A DNA stretch of 64,000 nucleotides, taken from the NCBI GenBank assembly GCA_963981015.1, contig CAXCCG010000004.1:1720-65719 (forward strand), read 5' to 3'. Positions 10,988 to 21,342 of the stretch are shown here, piece by piece. A program made the position numbers and the translations under genes. The notes beneath the pieces were generated by a model. The model worked only from the letters and a program-made list of their open reading frames with translations. It was not told the DNA's origin and ran no database searches. The stretch comes from an uncultured Gammaproteobacteria bacterium. Lineage in GTDB: Bacteria; Pseudomonadota; Gammaproteobacteria; GCF-002020875. Positions within the stretch are counted from its first letter, which is position 1, and every line of letters starts with the position of its first letter.

Positions 10988-11003
10988 GTTACAAAATGTT
11001 ACA
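10988..11003 (-). promoter_or_regulatory. TGTAAC-N4-TGTAAC direct repeat upstream of pilA
   Basis: The + strand reads GTTACAAAATGTTACA, identical to 55223-55238. Confidence 0.55.
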
Positions 11004-11021
11004 GGATTATTCAGGGGGCTC

Positions 11022-12002
11022 TTAATGGGTCCGACTCTGTGTGAACTGGGCCAACTCAATCAGTGCATCTCGATACGGTGTATCAGGGAGCTTTATTGCA
11101 GCAGCAGAGGCCTGGTCTACCGCATGTTGTGCAGCCTTTAAGGTATATTCAATGGCTCCTGTTTTGTGGATGGTCTGCATAATGGCATCAAACTGGTCAC
11201 CCCCACCGTTTTCAATCGCATCACGAATGGTCATCCGTTCAGCATCGTCTGCTTTTTCCATCGCATAGATCAGAGGTAGTGTAGGTTTACCTTCAGCAAG
11301 GTCATCTCCGACATTTTTACCCATCTCGGCGGATGATGCGCTGTAGTCGAGAGCATCATCAACCAGCTGAAAGGCATTCCCCAAATGTTTCCCGTAGGAG
11401 ATCAGAGCCTGCTCTGTCGCGTTGTCTTTGGCGGAAACCACTGCACCCAGTTGTGCCCCCGCCTCAAATAGCTTGGCGGTTTTGCGATAAATCACCTCAT
11501 AATACTGTGCTTCCGTGGTGTCGGGTTCATTGCAGTTGAGTAGTTGCAGCACTTCGCCCTCTGCGATTACGTTGGTTGTTTCGGCGAGAATATCCATGAC
11601 GCGCATCTGTTGTACCTCTACCATCATCTGAAATGCGCGTGAATAGAGGAAGTCACCGGTCAATACAGCGGCCTGGTTACCAAACATAGAGTTTGCGGTC
11701 TCCCGACCACGTCTTAGCTCAGAGGTATCGACCACATCATCATGCAGAAGTGTGGCGGTGTGGATAAATTCAATGACCGCAGCCAGCTGAATCGCCTCAT
11801 CTCCCCGTGCTCCACAGGCTCGTGCGGAGAGTATGACAACGATTGGGCGAACCCGTTTGCCACCACCACCGATGATGTAGTGTCCGAGTTGATTGATTAA
11901 GACAACATCCGACTGGAGTCTTTTCAGGATTAGTGCATCAACAGCTTGTAGATCATCGCTGATGAGGGACTGGATAGATGAGAGGGAATCAGGATTTGAC
12001 AA
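11022..12002 (-). CDS. ispB: Octaprenyl diphosphate synthase
   Basis: GGKRVRP, LLHDDVVD, FQLVDDALD and GKPTLP. Confidence 0.94.
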   Translation of the reverse strand: MSNPDSLSSIQSLISDDLQAVDALILKRLQSDVVLINQLGHYIIGGGGKRVRPIVVILSARACGARGDEAIQLAAVIEFIHTATLLHDDVVDTSELRRGRETANSMFGNQAAVLTGDFLYSRAFQMMVEVQQMRVMDILAETTNVIAEGEVLQLLNCNEPDTTEAQYYEVIYRKTAKLFEAGAQLGAVVSAKDNATEQALISYGKHLGNAFQLVDDALDYSASSAEMGKNVGDDLAEGKPTLPLIYAMEKADDAERMTIRDAIENGGGDQFDAIMQTIHKTGAIEYTLKAAQHAVDQASAAAIKLPDTPYRDALIELAQFTQSRTH

Positions 12003-12222
12003 GAGTATAGTTTGGAATATGTGATTGTGTAGAAAACGTGCTGATCCTAGATTTTCTCAGTGGATGGGTCAAGTGTGAGTTGCTTATTAATTTTGAAAGG
12101 ACGAGCTGAAAAATGTATTGAGATGGAAAAACAAAAATATTGAGCGACGAGTAATGGCCAATTTTGATATGCTAAGATAGAACAACTACTGACCATAATA
12201 ATAAATTTAATAACGGGGGGTC

Positions 12223-12441
12223 TTGGTGGATATAACTTTAACAGACGCACTGATTGTTGCAGGTAGCGGTATGGTGGTGATTTGGCTCTTTCTTTGGTAC
12301 ATCAATACCCACCCAAAAGGGTGTTGCGGTATTCGTCGGGCAATCTTGAAAGATGAGGATCTGCCATTGAACCGGCTGATTGAAGAGGAGAAGGAGAAAT
12401 CACACGTTGTTACCCCAAATCTTTCCTCTTCACCTTCATAA
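12223..12441 (+). CDS. Small hypothetical membrane protein
   Basis: One N-terminal hydrophobic segment and a GGGGG RBS-like sequence; fills the intergenic gap. Confidence 0.4.
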   Translation: MVDITLTDALIVAGSGMVVIWLFLWYINTHPKGCCGIRRAILKDEDLPLNRLIEEEKEKSHVVTPNLSSSPS

Positions 12442-12470
12442 AACAAGAGCTTTAATATTCAATAAATCTA

Positions 12471-12499
12471 TTGACAATGATGGGGCGCATCGCTATAAT
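12471..12499 (+). promoter_or_regulatory. Consensus sigma70 promoter
   Basis: TTGACA-17 bp-TATAAT, a perfect match. Confidence 0.85.
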
Positions 12500-12505
12500 G
12501 TGCAG

Positions 12506-12592
12506 CATAGGCCTTCAGAGGGTTTCCTTCGAAAAAGAACCTCCTCCTCCTTCTTTCGTAGGTTCCCCCACCCTCTGAGGGCCTTCTTTTTT
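12506..12592 (+). ncRNA. Candidate sRNA or attenuator hairpin with a CCUCCUCCUCC loop
   Basis: Follows the consensus promoter; 14-bp outer stem AGGCCTTCAGAGGG/CCCTCTGAGGGCCT (one G-U pair on +), an inner stem, a CU-rich loop and a 3' U tract. Confidence 0.6.
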
Positions 12593-12657
12593 ATGGTCAC
12601 AGACCTTTTACACTTTCCTGCATCTCATTCTCTGGATTTAGCGTATCCTCATCTTCC

Positions 12658-15564
12658 ATGAATGAGAACAGATCCCGAACGGAGACCAAAAATACAACCT
12701 GTTACATGTGTGCCTGTCGTTGTGGTATTCGGGTCACGTTGCAGGATGGTGAGGTCCGGTTTATTCAGGGTAATCCCGACCATCCACTGAACAAAGGGGT
12801 GATCTGTGCCAAGGGTGCCTCAGGCATCATGAAACAGTACTCACCAGCACGCCTGACTAAACCACTGTTACGTAAAGAGGGTTCAGAGCGTGGGGCGGGT
12901 GAGTTTGAACCGGTCTCGTGGGAGAAGGCGTTTGAGATGATGGCGCAGCGTTTGGGCAAAATTCGCTCGACCGACCCCAAGAAGTTTGCACTTTTCACCG
13001 GACGTGATCAGATGCAGGCTCTGACAGGTCTTTTTGCCAAGCAGTATGGCACCCCCAACTATGCCGCACATGGTGGCTTTTGCTCTGTCAACATGGCAGC
13101 AGGGATGATCTACACCATTGGTGGATCATTCTGGGAGTTTGGTGGCCCCGATCTGGAGCGCTCCAAGCTCTTTATCATGATTGGCACCGCAGAGGATCAC
13201 CACTCCAATCCGATGAAGATGGCGCTCTCCAAATTCAAGCGTGACGGTGGGCGGTTTATCTCGATTAACCCAGTACGTAGCGGATACTCGGCAATCGCAG
13301 ATGAGTGGGTGCCGATTAAACCGGGTACAGATGGTGCCCTGCTGTTGGCACTCACCAATGAGATTATCAATAGAGGGCTGTTTGATCGCGACTACCTGAT
13401 CGACTACACCAATGCACCGGAGTTGGTGAATCAGGATGAAGAGAGCAATGAATTCGGTCTCTTTATCCGTGACAGGTCAAACGAAGTTGAAGAGGGTTGT
13501 TTTGATCCACAGAATAAATTCTGGTGGGATAGCAAGAGTGAGCAGATTGTTGCCAACCGTACCGAGGGGGCTGACCCTTACCTGCTGGGAACCTACACGC
13601 TTGAGGATGGAACGGCCGTAAAGACGGCCTTTCAGTTGCTGGTAGATCGGCTCAAAGAGTACACCCCGGAGTGGGCGGAGAAGATCACTGGAATTCCGGC
13701 AGAGACCATTAAACGTCTGGCACATGAGATGGGTGTTACAGCGCGAGATCAAAAGATAGAACTTCCCATCGCCTGGACTGATGTCTGGGGCAAAGAGCAT
13801 GAGACGGTAACCGGTAATCCGGTCTCGTTTCATGCGATGCGTGGTCTGGCAGCTCACTCTAATGGATTTCATGCAATACGTGCGCTGTCGATTTTGATGA
13901 CCCTGTTGGGGACCATCGACCGGCCGGGTGGTTTTCGTCACAAGGCTCCATTTCCACGCCCTGTTCCTCCTTGTGCCAAGACCCCGAAAGGGCCGGAGGG
14001 TGTGCAGCCCGATACGCCGTTAAACGGGATGGCGCTGGGTTGGCCAGCCGACCCGGAAGATCTCTTTGTGGATGAAGATAATGAGCCGGTCCGTCTTGAT
14101 AAAGGGTTCTCGTGGGAGCATCCACTCTCCGTGCATGGGTTGATGCATAATGCGATCACCAATGCCTGGCGGGGCGATCCATACAAGATTGATACTTTGT
14201 TGATCTTTATGGCAAATATGGCATGGAATTCCTCCATGAACACCGCTGAAGTGCGCAAAATGCTCAACGATAAAGAGGAGAATGGAGAGTATAAGATTCC
14301 ATTCCTGATTGTCTGTGATGCCTTCCAGTCGGAAATGACCGCCTTTGCCGATCTGGTGTTGCCAGATACCACCTATCTGGAACGGCATGATGTGATGTCA
14401 ATGCTGGATCGCCCGATCTCTGAGTTTGATGGTCCGGTGGATTCGGTGCGTATTCCAGTACTGCCTCCAACCGGTGAGTGCAAACCGTTTCAGGAGGTAC
14501 TGATCGAGTTGGGCAGTCGTTTGGGGCTACCCGCCTTTGTCAATGAGCAGGGCGAGCGTAAATATCGTGACTACCCCGATTTTGTGGTCAACTATGAGAC
14601 AGAGCCTGGCTCTGGTATCGGTTTTCTCTCTGGATGGCGAGGTAAGGGGGGGGAGAAGTTTATGCAAGGTGATCCCAACCCGAACCAGTGGGAGATGTAT
14701 GCGCAGAATAATTGTGTCTACCACCATGAGTTGCCCAAATCCTACCAATATATGCGTAATTGGAACCAGGGCTATCTGGAGTGGTCGCGGCACCATCGGT
14801 TGACGCGTTATGTAGAGCCGATCAATATCCATATCTACTCCGAGGTTTTGCAGAAATTCCGCCTTGCAGCACAAGGTAAACGTCCGGGCAAACAGCCACC
14901 ACAACGGCTGCGTAAACGGGTGGAGGAGTACTTTGATCCACTGCCGTTCTACCATGAGCCGCTAGAGGCGGCGCGTACAGATCGTCACAAATACCCGCTG
15001 AGTGCAATTACTCAGCGACCCATGGCGATGTACCATTCATGGGATTCACAAAATGCATGGTTACGACAGATCCATGCCCACAACCACCTCTATCTCCACC
15101 CCAGCGTTGGGGTAACCAACGGTTTTGAAGACGGTGACTGGATCTGGGTGGAGTCAATGCATGGCAAAGTGCGTTGCATGTGCCGCTTCAGTGAGGCGGT
15201 TGAGCCGGGTACAGTGTGGACCTGGAATGCCATTGGCAAGGCCTCCGGTAGTTGGAATCTGGATCCCAATGCCAATGAGTCCAAGAAGGGTTTCCTGTTA
15301 AACCATCTGATTGCTGAGGAGTTACCGGTAAAAGCGGGTGAGACACCACTCTCCAATTCAGACCCTGTTACCGGTCAGGCGGGTTGGTATGATGTGCGAG
15401 TACGTGTCTACAAGGCAGAAGATCAAGAGCCAGGGATCACCTCGCCGCAGTTTGATGCCGTCAAGCCAGCGCCTGGAATGGTGAAACGGGCAGGTAAATG
15501 GCTTGCCTTCAGAGGGGGCAGTGGCCTGTTTAAAAAGTTACTGCCAGAGGGAGATCATTCATGA
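12658..15564 (+). CDS. soeA: Sulfite:quinone oxidoreductase molybdopterin subunit
   Basis: N-terminal TTCYMCACRCG Fe-S motif with no Tat signal; NYAAHGGFCSVNMAAG; C-terminal SNSDPVTGQAGWYD. Confidence 0.88.
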   Translation: MNENRSRTETKNTTCYMCACRCGIRVTLQDGEVRFIQGNPDHPLNKGVICAKGASGIMKQYSPARLTKPLLRKEGSERGAGEFEPVSWEKAFEMMAQRLGKIRSTDPKKFALFTGRDQMQALTGLFAKQYGTPNYAAHGGFCSVNMAAGMIYTIGGSFWEFGGPDLERSKLFIMIGTAEDHHSNPMKMALSKFKRDGGRFISINPVRSGYSAIADEWVPIKPGTDGALLLALTNEIINRGLFDRDYLIDYTNAPELVNQDEESNEFGLFIRDRSNEVEEGCFDPQNKFWWDSKSEQIVANRTEGADPYLLGTYTLEDGTAVKTAFQLLVDRLKEYTPEWAEKITGIPAETIKRLAHEMGVTARDQKIELPIAWTDVWGKEHETVTGNPVSFHAMRGLAAHSNGFHAIRALSILMTLLGTIDRPGGFRHKAPFPRPVPPCAKTPKGPEGVQPDTPLNGMALGWPADPEDLFVDEDNEPVRLDKGFSWEHPLSVHGLMHNAITNAWRGDPYKIDTLLIFMANMAWNSSMNTAEVRKMLNDKEENGEYKIPFLIVCDAFQSEMTAFADLVLPDTTYLERHDVMSMLDRPISEFDGPVDSVRIPVLPPTGECKPFQEVLIELGSRLGLPAFVNEQGERKYRDYPDFVVNYETEPGSGIGFLSGWRGKGGEKFMQGDPNPNQWEMYAQNNCVYHHELPKSYQYMRNWNQGYLEWSRHHRLTRYVEPINIHIYSEVLQKFRLAAQGKRPGKQPPQRLRKRVEEYFDPLPFYHEPLEAARTDRHKYPLSAITQRPMAMYHSWDSQNAWLRQIHAHNHLYLHPSVGVTNGFEDGDWIWVESMHGKVRCMCRFSEAVEPGTVWTWNAIGKASGSWNLDPNANESKKGFLLNHLIAEELPVKAGETPLSNSDPVTGQAGWYDVRVRVYKAEDQEPGITSPQFDAVKPAPGMVKRAGKWLAFRGGSGLFKKLLPEGDHS

Positions 15565-16289
15565 CACAGCTAGCGCTGGTTATTGATCTCAATGTCTGTG
15601 TCGGCTGTAGTGGCTGTGTCACCAGCTGTAAGGAGTGGAATACCTCGGGTGAAGCGGGTCCGATGCCGGACCAAAACCCCTACCGGGCAGAACCCACAGG
15701 CACCTTCTTTAATCGGGTGCAGACCTATGAGATTGGCACCTTTCCCAATACCGAAACCCTGCACTTTCCCAAATCTTGTATGCACTGTGCAGAACCTCCC
15801 TGTGTACCGGTCTGCCCGACTGGAGCCAGCTATAAACGTGAAGAAGATGGTATCGTGCTGGTCGACTACGACAAGTGTATTGGCTGTAAATACTGCTCCT
15901 GGGCCTGCCCTTACGGTGCACGGGAATTTGATGAGCAGTCAAAGGTGATGAAGAAATGTACACTCTGCGTAGACCGCATTTATGACATGTCACTGCCAGA
16001 GTCAGAGCGTCAGCCTGCCTGCGTCATCTCTTGCCCTACCAGTGCTCGTCTGTTTGGAGATGTGGAAGACCCTGATTCCGAGGTCTCGGTGAAAATTCGT
16101 GAAGAGGGCGGCTATCCGTTGATGGCAGAGTGGGGTGCGCAACCCTCCAACCACTATCTGCCACGTCGCAAGGTTCATATCCGGGTGCGTGCGGATGAAC
16201 TGGTACGCGCCGATAACCCGCTGAAGAAAGAGAACTTCAGCAAGCTATCCAAAGATGAGCAATCTTTGGATGATGTAATGAGCTGGTAA
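15561..16289 (+). CDS. soeB: 4Fe-4S subunit SoeB
   Basis: Four CxxC ferredoxin clusters; overlaps the soeA stop codon. Confidence 0.87.
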   Translation: MTQLALVIDLNVCVGCSGCVTSCKEWNTSGEAGPMPDQNPYRAEPTGTFFNRVQTYEIGTFPNTETLHFPKSCMHCAEPPCVPVCPTGASYKREEDGIVLVDYDKCIGCKYCSWACPYGAREFDEQSKVMKKCTLCVDRIYDMSLPESERQPACVISCPTSARLFGDVEDPDSEVSVKIREEGGYPLMAEWGAQPSNHYLPRRKVHIRVRADELVRADNPLKKENFSKLSKDEQSLDDVMSW

Positions 16290-16316
16290 CGGTCCTACTT
16301 TTCTGGAACTACAAAT

Positions 16317-17300
16317 ATGCATCCTGCCTTTTCAGTCATCTTTCTCACTACCTTGATCGGCCTGGGTCAGGGGCTCTTTCTCGCCATCTATACCGCACAG
16401 GTCTACTCTGTAGTTGAGTTGATCCCGATGACACAGGGAGATGACCGTATTGTCTACGGGGTTGGGAGTATTATTGCATTGGCAGTATTGGGGCTGGGGT
16501 TGGTGGCCTCCTTTTTCCATCTGGGCCATCCCGAACGTGCATGGCGTTCCGTTACTCAGTGGCGTACCTCCTGGTTATCGCGCGAGGTGATTGCGCTACC
16601 ACTATTTATGGGCAGTGTGTTTCTCTACGGACTGTTCCACTTTATGGGGTGGAACCCTCTGTTGATGACCATAGGAGAGGGTTTTCCTATAGATTTAACC
16701 TTGGTGATGGGGGCGCTTGCAACCGTGATGGCCTTTATCCTCTTCCTTTGTACCGCAATGATCTATGCCTCAATTCGCTTTCTGCAGGAGTGGTCCTCAC
16801 CGCTAACGGTGTTGAATTTTATCCTCTTGGGTGGTGCCTCCGGTTTTACCCTGGCCACACTGTTTGTCTTTTATGCAGCACCGGAGTTGGTAGGGTTTAT
16901 CGGTGGCTGGGCGATTGTGTTGACGATTACAGCACTGTTGAGCCGAATGGCATCGCTGGTCCGTAACCGGCTTTTGCGCCCTAAATCGACTCCACAGAGC
17001 GCCATTGGCGTGCGCCACTCAACGATTCGTCAGATTGCACAGGGGGCAATGGGGGGCTCATTCAATACCCGTGAATACTTCCACGGACAACCGCAACGGG
17101 TGGTTAAGATGGTGAAGTGGAGCTTTCTGCTGTTTGTCTTTCCGCTGCCGATTTTACTGTTAGCACTGGGGATCATTGTTCAGGTTGAGACGCTGTTAAT
17201 TGCAGCAGTGGTTGTACAGTATTTGGGGTTGATGGCGGAGCGCTGGTATTTCTTTGCCGAGGCGAACCATCCGCAGAATATCTACTATCAGGCCGCTTAG
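16317..17300 (+). CDS. soeC: DmsC-like membrane anchor SoeC
   Basis: MHPAFSVIF, HLGHPERAWR, WLSRE and ERWYFFAEA; multiple transmembrane helices. Confidence 0.87.
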   Translation: MHPAFSVIFLTTLIGLGQGLFLAIYTAQVYSVVELIPMTQGDDRIVYGVGSIIALAVLGLGLVASFFHLGHPERAWRSVTQWRTSWLSREVIALPLFMGSVFLYGLFHFMGWNPLLMTIGEGFPIDLTLVMGALATVMAFILFLCTAMIYASIRFLQEWSSPLTVLNFILLGGASGFTLATLFVFYAAPELVGFIGGWAIVLTITALLSRMASLVRNRLLRPKSTPQSAIGVRHSTIRQIAQGAMGGSFNTREYFHGQPQRVVKMVKWSFLLFVFPLPILLLALGIIVQVETLLIAAVVVQYLGLMAERWYFFAEANHPQNIYYQAA

Positions 17301-18046
17301 AGTACAGAGTCCCGCAGTTTTTTCAGATTGGTGATCTGAATTTCGCTTCCTTTTACGCTAATCATATTCTCAGCCTTCATCTTTCCGAGAATACGTGAAA
17401 AGGTCTCGCGCTGAATGGATAAAAGAGAGGCGATGGTTGCCTTTGATGTGGGTAACTTCAGACTACAGCCTTCACCGTTTTTACACGTTTGAGTGTTTGA
17501 ATCACACTGATATTTATCGCGACACTCAATTTGAGAGAAGATGTAATGGGTTAAGCGGTAGCGGGCATCGACCAGTGTAAGGTGACCAATCTCCTCCATC
17601 TGTTGCTGGATCTTTTGACTCAGATTACGAATCAGTGGCAGGGCATACTCAGGCTGTTGTTGCAAAACCTGCAGGTATGTTTGGCAATTAAACTCAAATA
17701 GCTCACCACCTTCCAGCATCTCTCCATTACAGCAATGTTCAGCCTGTTGCAGAAATACCTGAATTTCGGCCAGCGCAGAGCCGGGCCGAATAACATTGAG
17801 AGTCTTCTCATGCCCATCCGGTGAGGTGAGGAACTGCTTGGCACAACCGCTACGGACAACATAGAAGTGAGTGGCAGGATCACCTTTATTAAAGAGTGGA
17901 CTACATGATTTTTTGTAGATAATTTTCGATTTCAGGAAAATTTGGTCGAGCACCGTCTCATTAAACGTTGAAAACAGTTTCGAACGTCGAACCTCATTCT
18001 TGTAGATAGGTGACAGTGTCATACGATGGCTAATTGATTCATCCAA
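17297..18046 (-). CDS. Crp/Fnr family regulator (Dnr-like) with a Cys-rich insert; start may be 18022
   Basis: cNMP-binding fold (LFNKGDPATHFYVVRSG) and HTH IASLLSIQRETFSRIL. Confidence 0.85.
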   Translation of the reverse strand: MDESISHRMTLSPIYKNEVRRSKLFSTFNETVLDQIFLKSKIIYKKSCSPLFNKGDPATHFYVVRSGCAKQFLTSPDGHEKTLNVIRPGSALAEIQVFLQQAEHCCNGEMLEGGELFEFNCQTYLQVLQQQPEYALPLIRNLSQKIQQQMEEIGHLTLVDARYRLTHYIFSQIECRDKYQCDSNTQTCKNGEGCSLKLPTSKATIASLLSIQRETFSRILGKMKAENMISVKGSEIQITNLKKLRDSVL

Positions 18047-18243
18047 ATAGGCGGTACATTATCAGAGGGATTGCCCGCCTGTGCAATACATTGCCAAGTT
18101 TATAAATTGATATTTATCTGTTTTTGGCCAAGAGAGCTACTGTAACAGTTTGTGCTCTGGGTATCTAACCATCTTCTTGGAGTGGCAGTAATTGTACAGA
18201 AGCCTGTTGTTGACTGTCATCAGCTGCGGTACATTGAGCAGTT

Positions 18244-19125
18244 ATGGAACCAATCTCTAAATCCCACCTTGAGGAGCAGTTGCTGATGCTATTGAAGCAG
18301 GGGCAGCAGTTTTTGCGCTTCTTCAGCCACAAGCTGGTCAAGGATCGTATTCCATTAAATGCAGGGTCACTCTCTTACATCACTCTGCTCTCACTGGTAC
18401 CCCTGTTGGGAGTGATGGTTGCTGTCTTCTCAGCCTTTCCAGCCTTTGAACAGGTTTCAGGTCAACTGGAAGCTTTTGTTTTCCGTAATTTTGTCCCCGC
18501 TGCCGGAGAGCAGATTCAGCAGTCCCTACAAGCATTTGTTGCCAACACCAAGCAGATGACGGCATTTGGGATTCTGTTTCTGGTGGTTGTGGCGATGTTG
18601 TTGATGTCAGCGGTTGATCGAACCATTGACGAAATTTGGGAAAACCCTCACCGTCGCAGATGGACCACCGCCTTTATGCTCTACTGGTCAGTTTTGACCC
18701 TGGGGCCTCTGTTGATTGGTGGCGGGTTGGCAGTCTCCTCTTTTTTGCTGAGCGCTGCGGAGGGGGGAGTGATGGCCGGGTGGGGGCTGAAAGGGGCACT
18801 GCTCAAAGTGCTCCCCTATCTGACCTCAATATTGGCCTTTATGATGATTTATACACTGGTGCCTGGAAAACCGGTCCGTTTTATCCATGCACTGACCGGG
18901 GCGTTGGTAGCTTCCGTTCTGTTTGAGCTGAGTAAACAGGTTTTTGCTATTTACATCACCCACTTCTCCGCGTATGAAGCCCTCTATGGCGCATTGGCAG
19001 CAGTGCCAATCCTTTTTATCTGGGTCTATCTCTCCTGGGTTGTGGTGCTGCTGGGGGCAGAGTTTACCTACTGTCTGGGACACTTTCAGCCTGAAAAATC
19101 GGTGGATTTAAAAGTATCTGGATGA
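18244..19125 (+). CDS. yihY: YihY/BrkB family inner membrane protein
   Basis: AGSLSYITLLSLVP, YWSVLTLGP and YGALAAVPILFIWVY. Confidence 0.88.
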   Translation: MEPISKSHLEEQLLMLLKQGQQFLRFFSHKLVKDRIPLNAGSLSYITLLSLVPLLGVMVAVFSAFPAFEQVSGQLEAFVFRNFVPAAGEQIQQSLQAFVANTKQMTAFGILFLVVVAMLLMSAVDRTIDEIWENPHRRRWTTAFMLYWSVLTLGPLLIGGGLAVSSFLLSAAEGGVMAGWGLKGALLKVLPYLTSILAFMMIYTLVPGKPVRFIHALTGALVASVLFELSKQVFAIYITHFSAYEALYGALAAVPILFIWVYLSWVVVLLGAEFTYCLGHFQPEKSVDLKVSG

Positions 19126-19221
19126 GTTCGTTATAAAATACGTATTTGTGCGTATTTAACTAATCTTGGAAGCGGCTACTATTGGTAATAAGAATTATTT
19201 CCAATCGTGATGGAGTTCAAG

Positions 19222-19392
19222 ATGATTCAATCAGTACCTCAGCAACAGGGTGTAAGCGAGCAGTCTTCAGCGTTAAAACAGCTACAAGCAGACCTTTACG
19301 GTGCAGCCATTCCTGTGATCGGAGCGCTCTCTTTGTCAGCGCTCTTTTGTTGGATTGTCGCTTCGATGGTTGAGTTTATGGTCTCTGTCTGA
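19222..19392 (+). CDS. Small hypothetical membrane protein
   Basis: GGAG before ATG 19222 and a C-terminal hydrophobic helix. Confidence 0.35.
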   Translation: MIQSVPQQQGVSEQSSALKQLQADLYGAAIPVIGALSLSALFCWIVASMVEFMVSV

Positions 19393-19425
19393 GCCTCTTA
19401 CAGCGCACTCTATCTATCGGATAAG

Positions 19426-20250
19426 CTATTGACTCACACTCATGCTGGGTGGAAGTGCAGGGGCCGGATCCTCTTGAGTGTTCTCGCTTCCTATGCCGCT
19501 ATAGTTCAGGTCATAAACCCGCTGTGAGTCGGCGGCCAGATCCTCCATTCCCATCTTGTTATAGACCTCAACCAACAACAACAGAGCCTCTTGTACTGCA
19601 GGTGTTTTCTGGAAATTTTTGATCACATAATTTGCCCTTTTTGAGGCGGCAACATAGGCATCACGCCCTAGGTAGAAGCGGGCCACATGAATCTCATGTT
19701 CTGCAAGTTTATTACGGGTGAAGAGCATCCGTTTGCGGGCATCCTGACTATATTTACTCTCCGGGAACCGTTCTACCAGTTTGGAGAAATAGTGGAACGC
19801 CTCACGCAGAGATTTGGGGTCGCGCATGCCGGGGTCCGTTGGAACATATTTGTCCAACATGGATTGACCACTATTATAGTTGACCAGTCCACGCATGTAG
19901 TAGACGTAATCTACATTGGGATGACGAGGGTGTTGTTTGATAAAGCGGTCCGCAGCAGCGATGGCAGACTCTGGCTCATCCCACTTATAGTAGGTATAGA
20001 TAATCTCAATTTGGGCCTGTAGTGCATGTTTATCGTAGGGGAAACGTGACTGTAGTTTTTCGAAATGGTCGATTGCTTTTTCATAGTCTCCGCTCTGCAT
20101 CGCCTCATGACCCTCAAAGTAGAAGCGATTTGCTGACCAATCCTTGGTGACATCAATTTGGTCAGGGAGTAGTGAGCAACCCGATAAAGTGGAGGCGATG
20201 ATGGAAACCAGAAGGAGGATAGTGGAGAATGGGCGTTGTATGTGGGTCAT
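19426..20250 (-). CDS. bamD: Outer membrane assembly lipoprotein BamD/ComL
   Basis: Lipobox LSGC, TPR-like repeats and HPNVDYVYY; divergent from rluD. Confidence 0.93.
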   Translation of the reverse strand: MTHIQRPFSTILLLVSIIASTLSGCSLLPDQIDVTKDWSANRFYFEGHEAMQSGDYEKAIDHFEKLQSRFPYDKHALQAQIEIIYTYYKWDEPESAIAAADRFIKQHPRHPNVDYVYYMRGLVNYNSGQSMLDKYVPTDPGMRDPKSLREAFHYFSKLVERFPESKYSQDARKRMLFTRNKLAEHEIHVARFYLGRDAYVAASKRANYVIKNFQKTPAVQEALLLLVEVYNKMGMEDLAADSQRVYDLNYSGIGSENTQEDPAPALPPSMSVSQ

Positions 20251-20358
20251 TGTATTACCGCAGAGTTAAAGGCAGGTTTGTTCAGTATTGTATGGTGCTG
20301 CTCAGTGACATCACAAATCTTGTAGTGGATTAGAGAATAGAAGGGTAGCGAAAAGAGT

Positions 20359-21342
20359 ATGGTACTGCAACTGGCTGAAAATGGTGAAAAAGAGCGTAGT
20401 GAAATACAAATTCCGCAAGAGTTGTCTGGAAAACGCTTTGACGTTGCGCTAGCGACACTCTATCCGGAGTATTCCAGAAGCAGGCTTCAGTCCTGGATCA
20501 AGTCCGGGGATGCACTTATTGAAGGTGAAAAGCGTCGCCCCCGAGACCCTGTTACAACCGGAGAGCACGTCACACTGCAGGCTGCGCAGCAGGAGGTGGT
20601 GCAGTGGGGCGCAGAAAATATTCCGCTTGAGATCCTTTATGAAGATGAATCCATCCTCTTTATCAATAAACCTGCCGGAATGGTAGTCCACCCTGCAGTG
20701 GGTAACTGGAGCGGTACCTTGGTCAATGGCTTGCTGCATCATGCCCCCCACCTTGCAGAGGTACCCAGAGCAGGGATTGTGCATCGGCTGGATAAAGATA
20801 CCAGTGGGGTGCTTGTGGTTGCTAAGACACTGGAGGCGCACGCACATCTGGTGAGGCAGCTTCAGGACCGTGCAATGAAGCGGGAGTATCAGGCTATCTG
20901 TAAGGGGGTGATGACGGCTGGAGGCACCGTAGATGCTGCGATTGGTCGCCACCGGGTTGATCGTAAAAAGATGGCCGTCACGGAGAGTGGCAAGCCGGCG
21001 GTCACCCACTATCGGGTGATTGAGAAATTCCGGGCGCACACCTGGGTTCGTCTCACCCTGGAGACGGGAAGAACTCACCAGATCCGCGTCCATATGGAGC
21101 ATGTCCGTTTTGCCCTGCTCGGCGACCCCGTCTATGGGCATCGTCTGCAGATTCCGGCAAAGAGTTCTCCAGAGTTAATTGATGCCTTGCGCAATTTTAA
21201 ACGACAGGCACTGCATGCAGCGCGACTGGGGTTAGAGCATCCCAAAACAGGTGAATGGGTAGAGTTTGAGGCTGAAATTCCACAAGATATGGTTGAGATG
21301 GTTGAGTTATTACGGTTAGATCGTGAGGCTCAACTCAGGTGA
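20359..21342 (+). CDS. rluD: 23S rRNA pseudouridine synthase D
   Basis: S4 domain, GIVHRLDKDTSG and LETGRTHQIRVH. Confidence 0.95.
   Translation: MVLQLAENGEKERSEIQIPQELSGKRFDVALATLYPEYSRSRLQSWIKSGDALIEGEKRRPRDPVTTGEHVTLQAAQQEVVQWGAENIPLEILYEDESILFINKPAGMVVHPAVGNWSGTLVNGLLHHAPHLAEVPRAGIVHRLDKDTSGVLVVAKTLEAHAHLVRQLQDRAMKREYQAICKGVMTAGGTVDAAIGRHRVDRKKMAVTESGKPAVTHYRVIEKFRAHTWVRLTLETGRTHQIRVHMEHVRFALLGDPVYGHRLQIPAKSSPELIDALRNFKRQALHAARLGLEHPKTGEWVEFEAEIPQDMVEMVELLRLDREAQLR

Noticed and set aside
12500-12650. Moco riboswitch upstream of soeA
   Set aside because: I see one long hairpin with a CU-rich loop rather than a multi-stem aptamer; a covariance-model search is needed to exclude it fully.
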